A stretch of DNA of 64,000 nt from the NCBI RefSeq assembly GCF_009914755.1, contig NC_060934.1. The stretch is one strand, 5' to 3'. Of this stretch, positions 52,256 to 64,000 are shown piece after piece. Numbering within the stretch: the first letter of the stretch is position 1; each line of letters starts with the position of its first letter. Made by a program: the position numbers and the translations under genes. This DNA is from the human T2T-CHM13v2.0 reference genome, Homo sapiens. The notes beneath the pieces were generated by a model. That model was not told the origin of the DNA. It did not search any database and worked only from the letters and a program-made list of their open reading frames with translations.

Positions 52256-53205
52256 CCTCTCAGGTGGACATGCTAACACACATACACAACAGGCTAATCC
52301 ACATAGCAAGAAAACTCACATTTACACAGCTCTTTCTCTGAGCAAAGAAATTCTATCTTTTCTAGGAGAGAACAGGAAAGCGAGCTAGCAGTTCTTAGCT
52401 GCTTTCTGTCATCTCCCACAACTCTCAAAGGCGACGAGCTTTTTATGCAGAAAAACAAAAGCAAAAGAGGGCAGGTTGGAAGTGGCTGGGGCCCTAGTGA
52501 GGATCTCTCCGGGGATGAACTGCTCGGTGTTTTTACCCCTCTAGATTTCAGTTTCCGCAAGTGTTAAGTGAGGATAAAACTCCCTTCCAGCCCCTTCCCA
52601 CGGCCTCTGTGGGTATCATATCATCTGATACAGGGATGGGAAGCTGTTCAGACGAGTCCTGGGTGGGCCCCCTCAAGGCTGAATTCCCTATTACCAGTCA
52701 CAGAGCCTATTCCAAGGTCAAGCCATGCCCTGCTGGCTTGCGTGGGGAAATGTGGCAGTGACACCCTGAAGGGACATTCATAAGGGTCACACTGTCAGAG
52801 CTGCACACGCTGTCACCATGAAAGAGTCTCCCTTATTTCACAGGTGGGGAAACTGAGGCACAGGAAGATTAAGGACCCAGTGCTTAGAACAACGACTGTC
52901 ACTTCCCAGTTCCCCAGTGGACACTGGAGGAATGACTGTCGGATGCTGCTCTTCTGCCATCTTCCAAGCAGCTCTTGAGGCTTTGAGGGCTTGGAGTATG
53001 AGGGACTCGACAAGGCAATATTAAATTTTGTACAAAGACTGTGGGAAATTTGGAGGCTGATCTGTTCCTCTAGTCCTGGGTGACGCAACCACTCTTCCCT
53101 GCCTTGTGTCAACACCTCACCCAGGACATGAGAACTCCCCTTCACCCAGCTCATTGGGATTTGCTGTGCTTATGGGTGTACACCCACTACAGGCACGCGT
53201 GGGAA

Positions 53206-53275
53206 CACGTGTGTGCACGCACGCACACACACACACACACACACTCTTCTCTCTGTCTCTTTCTCTCTCTCTGTC
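53206..53275. repeat. Compound (CA)n/(CT)n microsatellite
   Basis: acacgtgtgtgcacgcacgcacacaca... followed by ctctt ctct. Confidence 0.85.
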
Positions 53276-53399
53276 TACAGACTCACACAAGAAAACCTGT
53301 CCAGGTTGGTAATATTTCCAGAAAAAGCAGATACAGGGAGAGGCAGTAGGAGTCCCCAGGCTGCCTGCCCCTGGGGTCCCAAATAACATGTCCAGGTGA

Positions 53400-54030
53400 T
53401 TGGTGTTGACATAAACTTTAATGCTGAGTTTCTAGCCAAGCACCGGGTCTCACCAATGTCAGGGTGAACACAGTCTAGTCCCTTCCCTTGTAGAGCTTAT
53501 ATTCCAGTGGAAGGTCACTGTGTGGTCAGCAACATGGAGGGGCAGAGCTTGGAGGAGGGCTAATAAGACACATGTCTAAACAGGGTCCTCTGGGTGCCCT
53601 GAAGAAGGAATGATGGACTCCTTCCTGCAGGGGCTCTAGCCAAGACTTTGCCAAGAAGGAGTATGGAAGACTGTGAAGGCCGCTTGAATGTTGCCAAATA
53701 AAGGAGTGTGGTAGGGTGTTCTAGGCCAGAGGACAGCATGTGCACCAGCCAGAGGGTGAAGCCTGCAGCATATTTAGGGCAGACAAGGGGTCCTGTGCGA
53801 CCAGAGCCTGAGACAAGAGGGGCCAGAGAGGCAGCATGGAGACAGGTGAGGAAGAGACTTCAGTGCCTTGCCAAGGGTTTGTCTTTATTCTCTGGATGGG
53901 GTAGGGATCATGGGATGGGTTTAAAGAGAGAAGGGACGAGATCAAGTGTGTGGTTGCAAAGGTTACCTGGTGGCCCGATGGAGGTGAGGAAACCGGCATC
54001 TAACTAAAGGCACCAGAGGCTGAAGCAAGG
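53400..54030 (-). mobile_element. L2 fragment
   Basis: ggtgttctaggccagaggacagcatgtgca...gccttgccaagggtttgtctttattct. Confidence 0.65.
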
Positions 54031-55739
54031 AAGATGCAGGGGAGCTACTGCCTTCCTGGCTCTCCCAGGTCAGTCAGGAGGTCCTTGCAATAACTGGGGC
54101 GAGACTGGTGTGTTGGAACTGTCCCAAAAGAGGATGTGGGAAGTGAGAGGAGGGATGGATCAGTGAGGGGTCAAGGAGAGGGAGGCGTCAAGGACGGTGG
54201 TGGTGGTGCCAGTGCCCCAGGTTTGGCGGGGAGCAGGGCGGACTCACCTTCCCCATCCTGGAGGAGGGGCAGGCAGTGAGGTCACATCCCTCCCCCGGCT
54301 GTCTCGGCAGGAACCAGCCATTGTTTGTCAGCCTGTGCTGTCCCAGGAGCTGCGGCTTAGAATATTAAAATCTTTCTCAGGTTTATCTCCTCCCCATCTC
54401 GCTCATTTGAAATCCCTGCAACTGGGGGGAGAAAGTTACTTTAATCCTCTGGTTCCTATCAGCCTAATTACAGTTTCAACAGACAACGGACCGGGCTCTA
54501 AATGAGATCTGAGGACACTGGAACACATTATGTTGGCGCTAATAATGGTCTGTCTTTGTTTTATCATTTCTTGTTGTTGCTTCTCATTTTGGCTGCCTGA
54601 ATTCTTAATGCCTTTGAGTGTCTCGGGGAGATTGCTTCCTCTTGCTGGCAGGCCGGGACACAGTTCCAGACTTGCATATGAAAATACCCAGCCTGTGCCT
54701 GCAGCTAACACGCCAGCCGCCATTTAAATTTCAATCAGCCCTTCTGTTTGTGTGTGAGTTCCTTGGATGGATGAAATTAGCAATTTTGAAAAATTGATTA
54801 AAATTGCTGGTTTCACGAAGCCTCAAAACATCAAAATCAATCTTTTTTTAAAAAAAAAATACACCAAAATTCTTGTTGGACTTACCACGTCTGCAGTATG
54901 AGAAGCTGCTGATTGCCAGTGGGGTGGTGGGGACCTGAGGGCTGGGTGGGCTGGGGCTTCTTTTGGCTCTGGACACACTCCTATGTGACCTTTTTAAGAG
55001 TTTGACTCTTGCTGGGTCTCATTGTTCTTTCGTTTGTGGAATAAAGGGGTTTGACTGAATAGGGCACCTCTAGAAGACTCTTCTCCAGCCCTGGAACTAT
55101 GTAATCATGTGCTCTGAGTCAGGTAAAAAACCAATGAAACTTTGCAGGTAGAATCTGCATTTAGATGAGGGTGAGAATACCAAGAACAGATATCATATTA
55201 GCTAACATTTTGAAGTGCTAAATCAGGTGCTTTATGTGCATTATTTACACCCATTTAATCATCACAGGAAGACTATGAGAAATACAATGATTACCCCCAT
55301 TTTCAGATGTGGAAACGGAGGCCTACACCTTTCCCCACATCCAGGTGAATATAATTGCAGGAAAAGTCTGCTTTGATCCATCCAGCAGAGGGGTCTCCTA
55401 GGGCCCCCCTGCAATGGCTCTGGGGGAGTCACACATGTGATTGACGCATGTCAGGCTCCCTGGTCTGATGGGGCAGTGGACGTTGGCAGCAGACATTCGA
55501 GGCCTCCCTGGGTCTGCTCTCTTCTCTGAGCTTTGAGTCAATGTCTTGAAAGCTCTATTCATCACCTTTGCAGCAGAGACGGGTCAAAGAAGTGAAATGG
55601 TAATCAAAGACACGCATGTGATATTTCCCCAAATAGTGTGACCTGCTCAACGACACAGACCAACAGTCCTGGCCACTGTCTAGGCACAGAGAAACCCTCG
55701 GTCATCACTGGTTGTTTTGAGGAAAAAGAAAACACTCTG

Positions 55740-55982
55740 GGCTGGCCGCGATGGCTCACGCCTGTAATCCCAGCACTTTGGGAGGCCGAGGCAGGCGGAT
55801 CACAAGGTCGGGAGATCGAGACCATCCTGGCTAACATTGTGAAATCCCGTCTCTATTAAAAATACAAAAAATTAGCTGGGCATGGTGGCTGGCGCCTGTA
55901 GTCCCAGCTACTCAGATTGCCCCACTGCTCTCCAGCCTGGGCAACAGAGCGAGACTCCGTCTAAAAAAAAAAGAAAAAAAAG
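55740..55982 (+). mobile_element. AluY/Sc-type with ~57-bp right-arm deletion
   Basis: ggatcacaaggtc, accatcctggctaac, tgtagtccc; TSD aaaagaaaacact on both sides. Confidence 0.95.
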
Positions 55983-56743
55983 AAAAGAAAACACTTTGCT
56001 GCTCTGGGCAGCAGTAACTTTCCTTCGCCTCTTCTGGTCCCACCCTTCATGAACCTCCACTTGCCTCGAAGGGGAGAAAATAGGCTACCCTCTTCCAGAA
56101 ACTAGGCGGGTCTGCTCCTTCCACTGCAGTCTGAGTAAGACAAGTGTCACGGCCATTTTCTGCCTTTTGTGGGTCCCCGTGGCACGGCTGCCGACAACAC
56201 TTAATCACAAGAATCACCTTCGATTCTTGTTTAAAAAGCCAGGCTGCTCAGAGCCTGCTCTACCCTTTCTGAAAAGAGCCCTCGCCTGTCTGGGAAGCCC
56301 TGCTTCTCTCAACATGCTGTAAGTGTATACGGGGACCATATTCTCGCCTTCCAATTTACTGGCCAAGTGGCTAGTGTGCAGACAGTTCAAATTCTCTTCC
56401 CTATCTCATGAATATTTATTGAACACCTACTAACGTTAATGGGAAAAGATAGAGGTGCTATGGGAAGGATATTTTTTCTAGATTTAGAATAGAATCTATC
56501 ACCAGCGTTTCCTGACTTTGTGAAGTCACTTAAGTCTTTGGGACTTGGTTTCCCTGATTGTCAGGTAAGAACAATATCCCTCTCTCTGGACTGTCTTGAG
56601 GAGACATGGAATGCATGTGGAATGTCAATCTGGTAAAATGCCTGACGCCTAAGTAGATACTCTTTCTACCAGAGAAAACCCACCCACCAAGAGCCCTGTC
56701 CCAAGGCTGCTGTGAATCCGCAAGTGGCTGGCATAGTCTGTAA

Positions 56744-57109
<366 letters not shown>

Positions 57110-57595
57110 TGAGAGGTGAAGCCAGCTGGACTTCCTGGGTTGAGTGGGGACTTGGAGAACTTTTCTGTCTAGCTAGAGGACTGTAAATGCATCAATCAGC
57201 ACTCTGTGTCTAGCTAAAGGATTGTAAATGCACCAATCAGCACTCTGTAAAAATGCACCAATCAGCGCTCTGTAAAATGGACCAATCAGTGCTCTGTAAA
57301 ATGGACCAATCAGCACTCTGTAAAATGGACCAATCAGCAGGAGGTGGGCAGGGACAAATAAGGGAATAAAAGCTGGCCACCACCCCCCACTCCAAGCCAG
57401 CAGGCAACCTGCTCCAGTCACCTTCCATGCTGTGGAAGCTTTGTTCTTTCGCTGTTCACAAAAAATCTTATTGCTGCTCACTCTTTGGGTCTGTGCCACC
57501 TTTAAGAGCTGTAACACTCACCACAGAGGTCTGCAGCTTCATTCTTGAAGTCAGTGAGACCAAGAATCCATCAGAAGGAACCAACTCTGGACACA
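57110..57595 (+). mobile_element. Solo LTR12F (HERV9/ERV1)
   Basis: Starts tgagaggtgaagccagctggacttcctggg, tandem ccaatcagcactctgtaaaatg units, ends gaaggaaccaactctggacaca. Confidence 0.95.
57190..57372 (+). promoter_or_regulatory. LTR12 U3 promoter: NF-Y CCAAT array, GC box, TATA-like aataaaa
   Basis: CCAAT at 57233, 57258, 57282, 57306, 57330 (24-25 bp spacing) plus one variant; gggcaggg; aataaaa at ~57365. Confidence 0.7.
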
Positions 57596-57830
57596 TTAGG
57601 ACATGGGCCTGGAGCTGCTGGGGCCATTTCTGCCACCTTGTAGGGACAGCCAGCTCGAGGATGAAGTCAACAGAGAAGAACGGAAGCTGAGAAACAGAAC
57701 TAATCATTCCACCTAGCACCTGGGTTCAGCCAGGACTAACACTGGTCATGTGAGTTGATAACATTTATTTTTGGTTTAATCCAGGCTGAGCTGGGTTTCT
57801 TTCATGCTTAGACAAAAGTAAGTGCTGACC
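57596..57830 (+). mobile_element. Old MLT1 fragment starting mid-element
   Basis: gcctggagctgctggggccatttctgccacc...catgtgagttgataacattt...ctgagctgggtttct. Confidence 0.55.
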
Positions 57831-58094
57831 AAATCAAAGCTTTTTCCCTTGGCTGGGAAACCCTGATTCCCCAATGCAATGGCTCTGCTCATGTGGTGCT
57901 GAGGGCTTACACCAAGGTGGTAGAGAAGTCCCCTTGAATAGAACTAGGCTTTGGACTGCTGGGCTGCAGTATAATTGAGGTCCTGGAGAGGGAGCCAGTT
58001 CAGGGAAGAAAGCACCAATACCTTGAGCCTCAGTGCGAAGAAGAGCAGCCTGGAAGCAAATGTGTATATTTGCTTGAATTGATATATATATATT

Positions 58095-58178
58095 AATTCA
58101 ACATCATTTATGGTAAAAACTTGCAGTGCAAGAATACAGTCTTGCACTGCAAGTTTTTACCATAAATGATATTGAATT
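58095..58178. repeat. Near-perfect inverted repeat (39-bp arms, 6-nt spacer)
   Basis: aattcaacatcatttatggtaaaaacttgcagtgcaaga-atacag-tcttgcactgcaagtttttaccataaatgatattgaatt; 38/39 complementary. Confidence 0.98.
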
Positions 58179-59379
58179 GTGTCAATTTTTTTCAAGATTC
58201 TATTGAGATAATCATATAAATTCACTTATATTTGAATATTAAACTGACCTTTAATTCCTAGGATAAACCCCACTGGGTCATAGTGTATTATCATTTTTGT
58301 ATTAACATACTGTTGAATACAATTTGCTCATATTTTAGCAGCATTTGTGCTCCATGAAGGGTATTGGTCTGTAGTTTTCTATTTTAATATATGCTTTCTG
58401 GTTTAGGTATCAGAATAAGTTTGCTCATAAAACAAATGGGGAAGAGTTTTCTTTGTTTTCTAAAATAATTTGATAGGTCTGATTTTTTTAAACCTAGTTT
58501 TTAAAAATAGAATCTGCCAGTGAAACTATTGGAACCTAGTGCTTTCCTTGTGGGAAGGTTTATAACTACAAATTCCATTTCGTTAGCACATACAGGGTTA
58601 TTTATGCTTTCTATTTCTTCTTGAGTGAGCTTTGGTAATTTGCACATTTCAAGGAATTTTTACATTTTCTCTAAGTTGTTGAATTTGTGACATAAAATTG
58701 TTCATGCTATTTCCATATTAGCCATTTAATTAAAGTAGGGTCTGTAATATGTCGTTTTTTTCCTGGGATTGGTAAGGTGTGTCTTCTTTGTTTCTTGGTC
58801 AATCTGGCTAGAGGCCTAGCAATTGTCAATGGTACTAGTTTTTTGACCTTGTAGAACTACCAGCGTTTGTACTCATTTCCCTCTGTGTTTGTCATTTTCT
58901 ACTTCAGTGTTTTATGCTCTTATTTTTACTATTTTCTTCCTTCTACTTTCTTTGGGTTTATTTTGTCCTTCTTTTTCTTCATTCATCAAATAGGGCCTTA
59001 AATGATTGACTTTAGGACTTTCTCCTTTCTGATATCAATACAAAGTTGTCATTGCATCTTAGAGCTGCTTTATCTGTATTTCACAAACTTCATAAGCTTT
59101 GTTTTTATTTTCATTTAGTTCAAAATATTTAAAAATCTCCCTTGTAATTCATTCTTTGAGCTATGGGTTATTTAAAAGTGCATTGTTTAATTTCTAAATA
59201 TTTTGGGCTTGTGCATATATCTTATTATTATGATTTTAAAATTTAATCCCACTGTGGCCAGAGAACATACACAGTACTATGTCAATACTTTAAAACTTAC
59301 TGGTATTTGTTTTATGTAAATTACCTTTTGTCATGCACACCAGACTATGTGGTAATGTACAGGTAAGTCAGGTCTTGTG

Positions 59380-59533
59380 GAAAAAAAAGGTCTGATTGGT
59401 AGTATTTGCCAATTTTCATGGTATAAATACTTGCACCGTGGCCAAATTCAACATAATGTTACTAAATGTACTATTGGAAAGAAATGTGCACAATTTTGTG
59501 AGCTGCTACAAGCCAGCTCCAGCACAACACTGG
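59380..59533. mobile_element. MER63A fragment
   Basis: tgtgagctgctacaagccagctccagcacaacactgg. Confidence 0.75.
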
Positions 59534-60424
59534 GAATATGGTCTACTTGGTAAGTATTCCACGTGCACTGGAAGTTATACGTATTTTGTTGTTGTTGGGT
59601 AGAGTGTTCCATAAAGGTCTATTTGGTTAAGTCTCCTATATCCTTATAGATTTTCTGTCTCCTTGTTCTGTCAATTACTGGTACCACTTTATGTGTGATA
59701 TAAGAATCTTATAGCAATATAATTCCTTTCTTCCCTCCTGTCCTTTGTGCTGTTATTGTCACATATTTTACTTATACATACATTATAAACCCCACTCCAC
59801 ATTATTTTTACATTGTCATCAACCGCCTTTTAAGGAAAATAAGAAATTAGAAAACACAAATTTTTTTTTTTAACCTACCTGCATATTTAGCATTTCTGGG
59901 ACTCTTCATTCATTTGTATAAACTTGATTTCTGTCTGATATTTTCCTTCAGCTAGAAGAACTTTGTTTAATAATTCTTATAATGCAGGTATGCTAGGGAT
60001 AATGAAAATTTGTCTGAAAATTCTTTATTTTGTCTTTACTTTTGAAGGATATTTTCACTGGCTATAGAATTCTAGATCAACAGTCTCTTTTCCTTTCCTT
60101 TCTACACACTAGAGATGTTCCATCGTCTTCTGGCTTGCGTAGTTTCATGTGAGTCTTTATTACTTTTTAGTTATTTTACTCTGTACATGAGTATTTTTCC
60201 TCTGGTGACTTTTAAGATTTCTCATTTTCATAAACTTGGTTATGAAATGCCCTGATATGATTTTCTTTGTATTTATCCTGACTGGTGCTTTCTTGAGTTT
60301 TTTGACTATGTCAACTTATATTTTCAAAAACATTTAGAAAACTCAGCTAATACTTCTTCAAATAATTTTAATGCTCTCTTCCTTTTCTTTGAAGACTCTA
60401 TATTATGTAATATAGTTGTGCTAT

Positions 60425-61409
60425 TGTGATATAATAAAAAATACATATTCTGGCTTTTGTCACAGCTTCTGGTTCCCAGCTCCTACAACCCTCATAATTT
60501 CCCAAGTGACTAGAGCCATAGGTGTATTTTTTTGCTAAAAAAATTTAGACTTTTTTCCTCAGTTCCTGAAACAGCTGCATGGCAATACAAGTGAAAAACA
60601 TGTGTTTTATTATTCACAGCAGGTCTCTTACAACCACACCTGAGTTTATATTAATGAAGTGATTATTTTTGGAAAGCCCTTAGATAATCACAGGATTGGG
60701 GCTGGTTGCCAGTGGGACTGACCATGTGATTGGAGGGTTGAAACTTTTGGCCCCACTCCCTCACCTTCTGAGAGGGAAGATGGGCTAAAAGTTGAGTTGA
60801 TTACCAAATCACTGTGATATAATCAATCATGCTTACATAATGAAGCTTCCATAAAAACCCAAAAGGACAGAGTTCGAGGAGCTTCTAGGTTGGTAAATAA
60901 GAACACATTCATGCACTGGAAAGGTGGTGTGCCTCAAATCCACAGAGACAGAGCTCTTATGCTTGGGACCCTTCTGAATCATTTGTGTGTCTTTATCTGA
61001 CTGTTCGATTGTGTTGTTTACAATAGTCTTTGTATTAAATGGGTAAGTGTAAGTATAACAAAATGTTTCCCTGAGTTCTGTGAGCTCTCTAGCAAATTAA
61101 TTAAACCTGAGGAGAAGGTCATGGGACCGCCTAGTTTAGATCTGGTTAGTCACAAGGTATAAAACCCAGACTTACAATTAGCATCTGAAGTTGATGGGGA
61201 CAGTCTTGTGGAACTGAGTCCTTCACCTATGGGATCTGACCCTGTCTCCAGGCAGATAGTATCAAACTGAATTGAATTATAGGACACCCAGCTGGTATCT
61301 GCTGAAGAACTGGTTGTTTGTGGAAAGAAATCTTCACACATTTTGGACACAGAAGTTTTCTGTGTTGTGTGCAAGGGTAGACAGAAAACAATGTGTTTTT
61401 TTCTTCAGA
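60425..61409 (+). mobile_element. MER21A/B LTR
   Basis: tgtgatataataa...ggggctggttgccag...aatcaatcatgcttacataatgaagcttccataaaaaccc...gtttccctgagttctgtgagc. Confidence 0.88.
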
Positions 61410-62567
61410 ATGGTAGATCACTGAATATTGTCCTTTATGTCACTGAGGCTCTGTTTAATTTATTAGCTTTTTAAAAATATCTCTTTGCTTCTATTTGGAT
61501 AGTTCTTGCCTTCTATTCAATCTTATTTACAACTTCTTTTTGCGATGTTTAATCTGCTATTAAGCCTGTCTGGTGAATATTCCATTTTAGATATTATATA
61601 TTTTTTGGCTCTAGGTGTTCTGGATTAAAAAAACCTTTTATCTCTTCAGTGTGCTATGTTTTTCTTAAGCCTTGAATATATTTATAATAGCTGTTTTAAA
61701 GTTCTTTTCTGCGAATTCTATTACCTCTATAATTTCTGGTCTTGATTCTATAGGTTTGTCCTATTGAAATTTATTGGGTTACTTTTTAATTTTTTTTTTT
61801 TTGCATGTTTCGTTATTTTTAATTAGATGCTGGACATTGTGTGTTTGAAGTTATTGAATGTCTAGATTTTGTTGTGTGTGTGTGTTTTTTTCCCCCATAA
61901 AGCACATTGAGTTGTGTTCTGATAGCCAGTAGTTCACTTTCAGGTTATCTTGCACTTTTGAGCTTGGTTTTAAGTTTCATGGGATCTAAAGTAGTCTTTA
62001 CTCAAAGGACAGCTAAGTTATACCACCAAGGTGTGCCTTTTATGAGACTTTTCCTAAATGCTCCAAGTGTTTGATAAGGTTTCTTTATTTGGTCAGAACT
62101 CAAATGTCTCTCAACCATACCAAGCTTTAGTATTTATTCAGCTTACAGTTCCCTGGTAGTTACTCCCTGTCTGGTGATTGTTCTTTGCCTGGCTTAATGG
62201 AGTCTTTACACATTTATAGCATAGTCTTCAGTCAAAGACTCAGGGGATCTTCATGACAATATCTGGACCTCCTCCTCTGCATAGCCTCTTCCTCTTTAGT
62301 TTTCTGCCCCACAAGTTCCAGCAGCCTCAGCCTTCCCAAACTTACATCTCTGTCTTTTCAGCTCACAGAGACTGCACGATGTGCTTGGGTTCTTGTGAAC
62401 AATCGCCATGTCTGCTAAATGCTTCTAGGCAGAAATCTGCAGAATTGTAGGGCACATCTCCTTTGTTTTCTTTTTCTTAGTCACTACACTACTATGATGC
62501 CTGTTGTTCAGTGTCTGAAAACATTCGTTTTACGTATTTGTCCATACTTTTCCCCCATTTTAGATGA

Positions 62568-63010
62568 TGTGGTAGGCAGAATATGGTCCCTTAAAGATGT
62601 TCACTCTGGAACTAGTGAATATGTTATGATATGTAGCGAAGGCAAGTTAAGATTGCAGATAAAATTAAGACTGCTAGTAAATTGACTTTAAAAGAGAGAG
62701 GTTATTTTGGATTATAATTGAAAAGGCTCCTAAAAGTGGAGGAGGAAGACAGAAGAGAGAGAAGCAGAAGGATGGCAGTGTGAGAAGGATTTGGCCCAAC
62801 CTTGCTGGCTTTGAAGTTAGAAGAAAGAAAACATGAGCCAAGGGAAGCAGAAGCTGGAACAGGCAAAGAAATGGATTCTCCTGCAGCTTCCAGAAGGAAC
62901 ACAGCCTGCTGACACCTTGATTTCAGCCCACTGAGACTCATTTTGACTTCTCACCTCCAGATCAGATAATAAATGTATATTATGTGCAGCAGGAATAGGA
63001 AACTAATACA
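62568..63010 (+). mobile_element. MLT1D LTR
   Basis: tgtggtaggcagaata...gctggctttgaag...cagcctgctgacaccttgatttcagccca...ggaaactaataca. Confidence 0.88.
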
Positions 63011-64000
63011 AGTGGGAGAGCTGTTCTGGTACTATCACTCTATCATGACTGAGAGGAGACATTTACTATTTTTATTTTTGTTTGTTTGTCTTTAAGAAAA
63101 AGATACTTGAGACCCACTACAGATATTTCGATTTGGTCAGAACAGGGGCATTAAGATTTTTTAAAATTTTCTTATTGTTCTAATGTGCACTCAAGGTTGA
63201 AAACCACTGACCCAGTCCAACCCTGTCAATTTACAGCTGAGGCCACTGAAGTGAAGAAGAGTTAGAGGCAAATGCGAGTGAAATTTCAGTCTGTTGCAAA
63301 AGACTCTGCCTAGAGGAAGGAGGGTAGGATATATGTTCTCCTAGGAGGCTGTCTTTTGGCATCCAGGCATTTACAATTGTGGCAGGAGGTCCGCAATGAA
63401 CTTGGATGAGGGGTGTATGTCCTCAAAAATACAGGAGCAAAGACCAACCTATTAGCTATGCAAAACTGTGGATTTCTGCAGCCCTAAAATCAGTTCTATC
63501 AGCCTTATTACCACAGAAGTGCCCACCTATAGACCTGGTGTGAGTCATTGGTTGGTTTTGATCAAGTTGATGAGAATTCTGCTACTTAACAGACTTCAGC
63601 ACTCTGGAGAACCACAGGGTGCATTCTGCCAATGCTCATATCAATTCCTTCTTCAGGTTTACATGGCAAGGGTGGCTCTCAGATCTCAATCATTCCATGC
63701 ATTTAAAAAAACAGTATTTTCACCGAGCCAGCAGGTGCCAAACATTGCCTAGATTTTGGTGTTCAGTAGTGTTCTGCGATTTATTGATTCATGTTCAAAA
63801 TTTAAGAGATTCTAAGATTCATTCCTTCATGAGCTCATTTGGTAAAAGTGTTTCTCCTTTCTTCTTCCCACCACTTTTCCATCCCTTCCCTTTCTTTCCC
63901 TTCTGTTTTCTCCCTTTGTAAAGTTAACCTTAGATTGGTCACATCTGGGCAGGTAGGTGCCTCCGCCAGTGGAGCACATTCAAGTTAATAAGGAGTTGGA

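Larger units (their letters stand above)
58150..62560 (-). mobile_element. Old L1M (ME/MC-type) fragments, interrupted by MER63 and MER21
   Basis: T-rich antisense L1 motifs (ggataaaccccactgggtcatagtgtatta; gaaggatattttcactggctatagaattctag; tgtttaatctgctattaa). Confidence 0.85.

Noticed and set aside
56207-56230. 9-bp stem hairpin acaagaatc/gattcttgt
   Set aside because: Short enough to arise by chance; no RNA-gene context
57173-57517. Repetitive ORFs (LIGPFYRA / ADWSILQS)
   Set aside because: Translation of the LTR12 24-bp CCAAT repeats; also not a CRISPR array (no unique spacers, eukaryotic LTR)

Overview
Primate (very likely human/hominoid) non-coding genomic DNA: GC-moderate sequence packed with ancient MIR/L2/MLT/MER relics, seven Alus, L1M fragments, a solo LTR12F (HERV9) and two MER21 LTRs. 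I cannot support any protein-coding exon or RNA gene. The supplied ORFs are chance ORFs or Alu/L1/LTR translations, and I cannot name the locus. Repeat subfamily names are from recalled consensus sequences and boundaries are approximate unless a TSD/TIR is quoted. The most notable unexplained structures are: (1) an 84-nt near-perfect fold-back (39-bp arms, 1 mismatch, 6-nt loop; 58095-58178) about 500 bp downstream of an LTR12F that keeps its NF-Y promoter array but has lost its poly(A) signal, a candidate LTR-driven hairpin-RNA unit; (2) two independent local, non-tandem copy-paste duplications (485 bp at ~96.5% and ~160 bp at ~87%) within 9 kb; (3) an LTR12F/Alu junction with no TSD; (4) a 39-bp minisatellite; (5) several repeat-free, motif-dense islands that look like developmental enhancers (perfect RFX X-box, CTCF site, TGACA cluster, forkhead/octamer cluster, YY1 site).
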